The translations under genes and the position numbers were made by a program. The notes beneath the pieces were generated by a model. The model saw nothing but the letters and a program-made list of their open reading frames with translations, did no database searches and was not told the DNA's origin. Of a DNA stretch of 64,000 nucleotides, positions 57,611-64,000 are shown piece after piece. This DNA comes from Hyphomicrobiaceae bacterium (GTDB taxonomy: Bacteria; Pseudomonadota; Alphaproteobacteria; Rhizobiales; Hyphomicrobiaceae), in contig JANOYV010000090.1 in assembly GCA_031429105.1 (NCBI GenBank), positions 2,161-66,160 of the forward strand. The letters are read 5' to 3'. Every line of letters starts with the position of its first letter. Positions within the stretch are counted from its first letter, which is position 1.

Positions 57611-58690
57611 ATGACTGGTGCTGCGCGAACCCTGACGACCATCGATCAACTGCATGCGGCGGGTGTAATCCCCCAGGCGCAACTGTCGCCATTGCGCGAG
57701 GTCGCAAACCGATACGCGGTCGCCCTGACACCAGCACTGCTTGCGACGATTGAACCTGGCGCGGCAACCGACCCGATGGCGCTGCAGTTCGTGCCCGACG
57801 CGCGCGAACTCAAACAACGTGCCGATGAGACATCCGATCCCATCGGCGATCAGTCGAACAGTCCGGTCAAGGGCATCGTGCATCGCTATCCTGATCGGGC
57901 CCTATTGAAGATTGCCAGTGTTTGCCCGGTCTACTGCCGCTTTTGTTTCCGGCGCGAGGCGGTCGGGCCTGAACACGGTGATAGCTTGTCGTCGGTCGAA
58001 CTGGCCACCGCCATCGCCTACATTGCGAACACGCCGACCATTTGGGAAGTTATCTTGACCGGCGGCGATCCGTTGATCCTGTCACCGCGTCGCATTCGGG
58101 ACGCGACACGGGCACTCGCCGCCATCCCGCACGTGAAGGTCATCCGCTGGCACAGTCGCGTGCCGGTAGTGACACCCGAACGCGTGACGCCCGAAATGGC
58201 GGATGCGCTCAGATCACCTACGCAGGCAGTCTATGTGGCCCTCCACGCCAATCACCCGCGCGAGTTCACCAAGGACGCGCGCGCCGCCTGTGCGACGCTG
58301 GTAAATCACGGCATCGTCATGGTCGGCCAAACTGTGCTGCTGCGTGGCGTCAATGACGACGCTGAAACGCTCGATGCCCTGATGCGCGCCTTCATTGAAT
58401 CGCGTGTGAAGCCCTACTATTTGCACCATCTCGACCGTGCCCCCGGAACGGCGCATTTCAGAACCACAATTGCCGAGGGCCAAAGCTTGATGCGCCGTTT
58501 GCGTGGGCGGCTCTCCGGCTTGGCGCAGCCGACCTATGTCATGGATATTCCAGGCGGCCACGGCAAAATGCCGGTCGGGCCGAGCTACTTGGAGGATCAC
58601 CAGTCCCAGCGTTACACTGTGACGGACTACAACGGCGTTCAGCATGCCTACACGGACTGCCCCTCATGCCTGACTGAAGGTTCGACATGA
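57611..58690 (+). CDS. epmB: lysine 2,3-aminomutase-like radical SAM enzyme (EF-P beta-lysylation)
   Basis: ..ASVCPVYCRFCFRRE.. (CxxxCxxC) in the KamA-family context. It starts 7 nt after epmA. Confidence 0.85.
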   Translation: MTGAARTLTTIDQLHAAGVIPQAQLSPLREVANRYAVALTPALLATIEPGAATDPMALQFVPDARELKQRADETSDPIGDQSNSPVKGIVHRYPDRALLKIASVCPVYCRFCFRREAVGPEHGDSLSSVELATAIAYIANTPTIWEVILTGGDPLILSPRRIRDATRALAAIPHVKVIRWHSRVPVVTPERVTPEMADALRSPTQAVYVALHANHPREFTKDARAACATLVNHGIVMVGQTVLLRGVNDDAETLDALMRAFIESRVKPYYLHHLDRAPGTAHFRTTIAEGQSLMRRLRGRLSGLAQPTYVMDIPGGHGKMPVGPSYLEDHQSQRYTVTDYNGVQHAYTDCPSCLTEGST

Positions 58691-59895
58691 CCAATGCCGA
58701 CGCAATTTTGGTAGGAGGCGGGCTCGCCAACGTACTAATCGCGCTTAAACTCCGGGCGGAGCGGCCCGAGACAAATATTCTTGTGCTTGAGCAGGGACCG
58801 ACCCTGGGCGCCAACCATACTTGGTCGTTCCACGACACCGATCTGACGCCCGAACAACTGCAGTGGATTGAACCACTGGTAATCGCCAGCTGGCCGCGCC
58901 AGGAGGTTAGATTTCCGACAGGTCGGCGGATCTTGGAAACCGGCTACAAATCGATTTCTTCCGAGCGTTTACACGCGGTCGCCATGGAGGTACTCGGCCC
59001 CTCGGTGCGGCTGAATTGCCCAGTTCGAGATGTGCAGGCCAACACCGTCACGCTTGGCGATGGCACCAGCTTGCAGGTCCCCCTCGTCATCGACGGTCGT
59101 GGCGCCTTGCAAAAACAGCCTTTGGCTCTCGGCTACCAGAAGTTTGTCGGGGTCGAGATCGAGACCGCCGTTCCGCACGGGCAGGCGCACCCGATCATCA
59201 TGGACGCAACAGTCCCCCAGACCGACGGCTACCGGTTCGTCTACACGTTGCCGTTCTCACCCACCCGTCTGCTGATCGAGGATACCTACTACAGCGACAC
59301 ACCGGATCTCGACCCCGGCAGCTTAGGGACCGGCGTCGAGGCCTACGCTGCCGCGCAAGGTTGGAAGGCTGCCAAGATTATCCGTCGCGAAGCTGGTGTG
59401 TTGCCGATCACGCTCGCTGGCGATATCGATGAACACTGGCGCACGATGGGCCTGGACATCCCCCGCTCGGGCCTGCGCGCGTGGCTCTTCCATGCGACGA
59501 CCGGCTACAGCTTTCCAAATGCTGTCCGTCTCGCCGAGGAACTTAGCCGGGCACCGAACCTGTCATCGGACGCGATCGCTCGCCTGATCGAGAAGCGCTC
59601 TCGCGAGACCTGGAAATCCCAGGCCATCTTCCGGTGGCTGAACCGTTCCCTGTTTCTGGCAGCCGACCCGCCGGGGCGCGTGCGCATCCTCGACCGCTTT
59701 TACGCGAAACTCCCGACGCCGGCGATTGAACGGTTCTATGCTGGCACGTTCCGCAAATCGGACATTGCCATGCTGATGGCCATCATGGCGACCAAACCAC
59801 CTGTGAACATTGGTCGCGCGATTTCGTGCCTCAGCGAAAGCTCTTCGTGGGCGTTTGCCGCGAAGCATCGTTCCACAACGTCCGAATTAGGGTAA
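58687..59895 (+). CDS. crtY: lycopene beta-cyclase (CrtY type)
   Basis: ..AILVGGGLANVLIALKL..GANHTWSFHDTDL.., ..IMDATV.QTDGYRFVYTLPFSPTRLLIEDTYY.., ..LPITL.G.., ..FHATTGYS.. align with Pantoea CrtY as I remember it. ATGA overlap with the epmB stop. Confidence 0.9.
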   Translation: MTNADAILVGGGLANVLIALKLRAERPETNILVLEQGPTLGANHTWSFHDTDLTPEQLQWIEPLVIASWPRQEVRFPTGRRILETGYKSISSERLHAVAMEVLGPSVRLNCPVRDVQANTVTLGDGTSLQVPLVIDGRGALQKQPLALGYQKFVGVEIETAVPHGQAHPIIMDATVPQTDGYRFVYTLPFSPTRLLIEDTYYSDTPDLDPGSLGTGVEAYAAAQGWKAAKIIRREAGVLPITLAGDIDEHWRTMGLDIPRSGLRAWLFHATTGYSFPNAVRLAEELSRAPNLSSDAIARLIEKRSRETWKSQAIFRWLNRSLFLAADPPGRVRILDRFYAKLPTPAIERFYAGTFRKSDIAMLMAIMATKPPVNIGRAISCLSESSSWAFAAKHRSTTSELG

Positions 59896-59904
59896 GCTCG
59901 CCCA

Positions 59905-60846
59905 ATGGATGCCATCGTCGAACATAGCCGCAAACTGATTGAAAAGGGCTCGAAGAGCTTCGCCGGTGCCGCGCGCCTGTTCGACGACGACACGCGCGCA
60001 TCTGCTTACATGCTTTATGCGTGGTGTCGCCATTGCGACGATGTGATCGATGATCAAGACTTGGGCTTCAAGCGCGCCGACGGCAGCCTCGTGCCGCAAA
60101 CCGAGCGGCTCGCTGACCTGACCGCGAAAACGCAAGCCGCAATCGTTGGTCAAGCAGACGATCCGGTGTTTCAGGCACTAGCACGCGTGGTCGCCAAACA
60201 TGAAATTCCAGCACGTCATCCCATGGAGCTGATCGAAGGCTTCCGCATGGATGTGGAGGGACGTCACTATAAAACCGCCGACGATACCTTGTCCTACTGC
60301 TACCATGTCGCTGGTGTCGTTGGCGTCATGATGGCGATGATCATGGGCGTGCGCGACCGGGCAACATTGAACCGCGCATCAGACCTAGGCCTCGCATTCC
60401 AGTTGACGAACATTGCCCGCGATGTCGTGCCCGACGCCATCGAGGGGCGGGTGTATCTGCCGTCCGACTGGCTCGATGAGGCAGGCCTGACAGCGTCTGA
60501 CATCGCGAAACCGGAAAACCGCGAGGCGGTATTCATGGTCACGCGTCGCCTACTTGATTTGGCCGATAGCTATTACAAGTCTGCCCGCTACGGCCTACCG
60601 GATTTGCCGATCCGCGCGGCCTTCGCCATTGCTGCTGCACGCCGCATTTATCGACAGATCGGCTTGCTCGTGCGCAAGCGCGGCGCTCACGCATGGGATA
60701 CTCGTGCCGGCGTCAGTAAACGGGGCAAGATCGCGCAAGCTGTGCTTTCCAGCGCCTCGATCGGGCGGGCCCACGCGAGCCGGGCGGTCAAAGCCCAACC
60801 GACCCGCGATGGTCTGTGGACCATGCCAGGATTAGGCACGATCTGA
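59905..60846 (+). CDS. crtB: phytoene synthase
   Basis: ..GSKSFAGAARLFDDDTRASAYMLYAWCRHCDDVIDDQ.., ..YCYHVAGVVGVMMA.IMGVRD.., ..DLGLAFQLTNIARDV... This is a near-colinear match to CrtB. Confidence 0.93.
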   Translation: MDAIVEHSRKLIEKGSKSFAGAARLFDDDTRASAYMLYAWCRHCDDVIDDQDLGFKRADGSLVPQTERLADLTAKTQAAIVGQADDPVFQALARVVAKHEIPARHPMELIEGFRMDVEGRHYKTADDTLSYCYHVAGVVGVMMAMIMGVRDRATLNRASDLGLAFQLTNIARDVVPDAIEGRVYLPSDWLDEAGLTASDIAKPENREAVFMVTRRLLDLADSYYKSARYGLPDLPIRAAFAIAAARRIYRQIGLLVRKRGAHAWDTRAGVSKRGKIAQAVLSSASIGRAHASRAVKAQPTRDGLWTMPGLGTI

Positions 60847-60851
60847 ACACT

Positions 60852-61607
60852 TCAAGATGATCGTGTGCGGGTAGCCCGCGCTGCCGGCAACCGCCACCAG
60901 GGAACGCCTGGATAGAGATGGTGTTCGTGGTGATAGCCGAAATGAAAACACGTCAACAGTGACAGCCACGCCGGATAATCATTGCTGCGCGCCTTGTGAC
61001 GGTCAGGGAACGCGGGATCATCCGGCACGTGCGGCAGGTAGGTGCCGAACGTGAACAGCTGCAGCGATGATAGCACCGCTGGCAAAGCCCAGAACAGCAG
61101 GACGTTCTGAACCGGCGCTCCAAGCAGCAATATGTAGGTCCAGTTCATCACCGCGAGCAAGCCGAGTTGCCCCCAGGAGAAATACTCGCTGAAGAACTTC
61201 AAATACCACGGCCAGAATTTATGCGGGTGGGCATCGTGGAAGTCGGGGTCACCGGCCGTCCCCGCATGGCGATGATGCAGATGATGCTTCGGGTTCAAGG
61301 CTTGGAAATTGAAGCACGCGTAAAGCACCAGGCAGATCTGCCCGATCACGCGATTGAGCCGCGGTTGAAACGGCACCAGCGATCCGTGCATGCAGTCGTG
61401 GGCCACAATGAATAGCCCGACGCACAACCACGTCTGCAGCAGCACCACACCGACGGCGGGCAGTACCCCAAGGCTGGCCCACGAATAGAAAAATACCGCT
61501 CCAATGTGGACGATCAACCATGCAACGATCACGGCAATTGCCAGCGCTAGCCCGATCGCCGCCTGACGGCGCGGTGCCAGATCTAGTGATGTCGCGTTTG
61601 TGTCCAT
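60852..61607 (-). CDS. crtW: beta-carotene 4-ketolase (CrtW type di-iron oxygenase)
   Basis: His boxes ..AHDCMHGS.., ..HHLHHRH.., ..HHEHHLYP..WWRLP.. are colinear with Paracoccus CrtW as I remember it. The ATG at 61607 (MDTNATSL..) lies 7 nt after the permease stop. The ORF-track start at 61658 would overlap the permease gene by 44 nt. Confidence 0.9.
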   Translation of the reverse strand: MDTNATSLDLAPRRQAAIGLALAIAVIVAWLIVHIGAVFFYSWASLGVLPAVGVVLLQTWLCVGLFIVAHDCMHGSLVPFQPRLNRVIGQICLVLYACFNFQALNPKHHLHHRHAGTAGDPDFHDAHPHKFWPWYLKFFSEYFSWGQLGLLAVMNWTYILLLGAPVQNVLLFWALPAVLSSLQLFTFGTYLPHVPDDPAFPDRHKARSNDYPAWLSLLTCFHFGYHHEHHLYPGVPWWRLPAARATRTRSS

Positions 61608-61614
61608 GGAGCCC

Positions 61615-62841
61615 TTATATCGTGCGTCGCGCGACCATGTGCGCGACAAACAGCCCACTCAGACCAATGCCGCTTAGAACAATCCACGGCACGACCATGG
61701 CAGATAAGGCATCGGCACGTGAAAAAATCGAGGCATAAGCCTCCAAGGCCCAGGTGTTTGGCGTCACCCATCCCAACGCCTGAACAGGCGGCGGCATCAG
61801 ATAACGCGGCACCATGCTGCCGCCAACCGCAGACACCACCAGGATTAACATTTGTCCGAGCGTTTGGGCTTGCTGCTTTGATCGACACATTGTGACAAAC
61901 GCCATGGCAAGACCGCTGGCCGCCAACGCAGCCGTCAGTGATGTCACCGTCCATGGACCAATATGCTGCCCCAGGGCCACACCGAACACGAACCAAGCCA
62001 CGAGATAAATCACCAGCACCTGCAGAAATCCCTGCAGAATTAGAAACAGGAACTTGCCATCAATCAAAACCCCGACGCCGCCAGGGCTCGACGCTAGCCG
62101 GTCGAGCAGGCCACTTTCTCGTTCTTCGAGAAAGCTCATGGCGCCTGTTAGAGCCGAGAATAGCAAAAACAGCATGGCGACACCGCCAGCATAGTAGGTC
62201 ACGGCGGGTGCTGCCTCCACACGGGCGACCGCATCAAGCCGTTCAAACAGCTTATCTAACCGAAAGCCTTGCGGATCGGCTTTGGCATTGGGCGCGCGCA
62301 TCGCCTCCAAGCCCTTTTGCATACGCACTTTCTGTTCGGCACTGAACGGGGCAATTTTTCGATCAATGAGATCCCCAATACTACGAACGGCAGCATCGGG
62401 AAGTGCTGCAAAATAGGCTTTTTGGAGCGCCCCTTGCAGCATCGTCACGGCGATCTCGCGGCCAGGATCACCGACAAGCACGAGTGGGGGCGCGCCTTCG
62501 GCGCCTAAATCGTCCAAGGGGCGGCCGTCACGACGAATGATCAAGCCGACATCGGCCTCTCCTTGGCGCACCATTTCTTGAATCTTTTCGGCAGATTGAA
62601 TCAATCCACCAACTTGGGAGAGGCGGGGATCGGCCAGTAGCTGGTCCGACAACCGCTTTGACGTCGCATCGGCCCGCAAATCCGCAATTGCCAATCGCAG
62701 ATGCAAGTCGCCGCCGCTGGCGCCAGCAAAAATATTGGCAAAGATCACGAACACGATTCCGGGCAACAAAAAGCCCATGGCCAGTGCCGCGCGGTCTCGC
62801 ATCAGACTGAGCGCCATGACCTTGAAGACAGCGAAACGCAT
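61615..62841 (-). CDS. ABC-2 type transporter permease
   Basis: 408 aa with an N-terminal TM helix, a large extracytoplasmic loop and a C-terminal cluster of five or six TM helices (ABC2_membrane layout). It directly abuts the ATPase gene. Confidence 0.85.
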   Translation of the reverse strand: MRFAVFKVMALSLMRDRAALAMGFLLPGIVFVIFANIFAGASGGDLHLRLAIADLRADATSKRLSDQLLADPRLSQVGGLIQSAEKIQEMVRQGEADVGLIIRRDGRPLDDLGAEGAPPLVLVGDPGREIAVTMLQGALQKAYFAALPDAAVRSIGDLIDRKIAPFSAEQKVRMQKGLEAMRAPNAKADPQGFRLDKLFERLDAVARVEAAPAVTYYAGGVAMLFLLFSALTGAMSFLEERESGLLDRLASSPGGVGVLIDGKFLFLILQGFLQVLVIYLVAWFVFGVALGQHIGPWTVTSLTAALAASGLAMAFVTMCRSKQQAQTLGQMLILVVSAVGGSMVPRYLMPPPVQALGWVTPNTWALEAYASIFSRADALSAMVVPWIVLSGIGLSGLFVAHMVARRTI

Positions 62842-63807
62842 CTACGATGCCTTTCGCGCGTTACTGACGAACAGATGGAGCAGCGCGGTAAGATCGGGTT
62901 GGCGGACATGCACCTGTTCGATGATAGCACCCGCGCTCATCGCTGTACCGATGATTCCGTCAAAGCTGGCGCTGGTTCCATGCACCATACCGGTCCAAGT
63001 CGAACTGCCCTGTGATCGTGCGAGCCCTGCGACCGCAAGTGCATCGACCACATCGGGGTGACGCTGGATCGCACGTGGACACAGCGAGAGCGTCAATTGA
63101 CGCCGCCCCTGGAACAGCTCTGCAATGAGTTCACGCGGTCGCCCTTCAACCTTGACGACACCGTTGACCATCACCGCCACGCGGTCGGCCAACGCCTCCG
63201 CTTCGTCCATGTCGTGCGTCGTCAATAGTATTCCAAGACCGCTCAATCGCAGGTCGCGCAACAACTGCGTGAGACCCGCGCGCGCCTCGTAGTCGAGCCC
63301 CACCGTCGGCTCGTCAAGCACCAGGATTTTTGGATTGTGCATGAGGGCAGCAGCAATGTTGATGCGACGGCGCATGCCTCCCGACAACGAGCCAACACGG
63401 TCTTTGGCGCGCGCGCTCAGCCCCACCTTTGCCAATGTCGCTAGGGCCAATCTCGATATGTTCGGCGTTTTGACGCCCATCAGCCGACCAAATGCTTCAA
63501 GATTTTCCGAAGCGGTCAATTTCTCGAATAACGCGATGTGTTGGGGAACAATGCCACAGATACGACTGGCATCTGGCTCCGCAGCCGGGTCCAAACCGCC
63601 GACAAGGATCGAACCGCTGTCCAGTTTCAACCGCCCCGACATCGCCTTGACGAGGGTCGATTTGCCAGCCCCGTTGGGGCCCAGCAGCACCAGAATTTCG
63701 CCAGCGTGAAGCGATAAGGTAAGACCTTGTAGAACCAACCGTTCGCCGTAGGAGCTGCACGCCGATTCCATCTGCAAAAGTGGCGGCGATGGCGGCGTGT
63801 CACGCAT
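62842..63807 (-). CDS. ABC transporter ATP-binding protein
   Basis: Walker A ..GPNGAGKST.., signature ..LSGGMRRR.., Walker B ..ILVLDEPT.., H-loop ..TTHDM... Confidence 0.9.
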   Translation of the reverse strand: MRDTPPSPPLLQMESACSSYGERLVLQGLTLSLHAGEILVLLGPNGAGKSTLVKAMSGRLKLDSGSILVGGLDPAAEPDASRICGIVPQHIALFEKLTASENLEAFGRLMGVKTPNISRLALATLAKVGLSARAKDRVGSLSGGMRRRINIAAALMHNPKILVLDEPTVGLDYEARAGLTQLLRDLRLSGLGILLTTHDMDEAEALADRVAVMVNGVVKVEGRPRELIAELFQGRRQLTLSLCPRAIQRHPDVVDALAVAGLARSQGSSTWTGMVHGTSASFDGIIGTAMSAGAIIEQVHVRQPDLTALLHLFVSNARKAS

Positions 63808-64000
63808 CGGGCTCTAACCTTGTGGGTAGCCCAAGCGGACCGCGCATCAAGGCTGTCAGTCCAGCGACGTAGCCGACTAGCATTCCATCACCGGCTGCTA
63901 AATCTGGAACGTGTGAAAGTGCTGCCTGCATTTGGGCATCGGCTTGTGCCAACGCTGCCTCAAATCCAATGAGCTTTACTAATGTCGCCTTATCGCCGTC
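63800..64000 (-). CDS. 3' end of an unidentified gene (possibly the C-terminal domain of a TetR-like regulator); 5' end lies outside the window
   Basis: From my translation: ..DGDKATLVKLIGFEAALAQADAQMQAALSHVPDLAAGDGMLVGYVAGLTALMRGPLGLPTRLEPDA*. The stop overlaps the ABC ATPase start (ATGCGTGA). The functional guess is weak. Confidence 0.35.
   Translation of the reverse strand, partial: DGDKATLVKLIGFEAALAQADAQMQAALSHVPDLAAGDGMLVGYVAGLTALMRGPLGLPTRLEPDA

Overview
GC-rich, densely coding chromosomal window that looks alphaproteobacterial, most like Hyphomicrobiales/Rhizobiales. The pointers are a PopZ-like DUF2497 gene next to valS and tolC, opgD-opgH, an ExoR-like Sel1 protein, a GPR/RgsE-like repeat protein and an efp-epmA-epmB locus. 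There are about 55 CDSs, mostly housekeeping (dgt, erpA, xthA, ilvD, valS, ruvX, thiD, pgk, gph, speB, efp), many joined by ATGA/GTGA overlaps or very short spacers. I found no rRNA, tRNA, CRISPR array, transposase/integrase or prophage signature. Stand-out content: (1) A three-gene, apparently exported cluster at 49.2-55.3 kb. It holds an active caspase-like protease with Sel1 repeats and a peptidoglycan-binding-like tail, a protein with two CxxCH haem motifs plus a DUF4384-like C-terminus, and a caspase-like paralogue whose catalytic His and Cys are replaced. Upstream lies an AT-rich control region with a perfect palindrome and a TTAA-N7-TTAA box. (2) Carotenoid genes in odd contexts: crtY-crtB is welded onto epmA-epmB, crtW sits 7 nt behind an ABC-2 exporter, and no crtI or crtE is in the window. 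(3) A 936-aa membrane-anchored protein with apolipoprotein-like 22-residue repeats. (4) Two TolC paralogues 3.3 kb apart. (5) A stand-alone LuxR-type HTH gene next to an orphan CoxE-type VWA gene. All functional calls come from motif recognition by eye on the supplied translations and my own translations. No database search was run.
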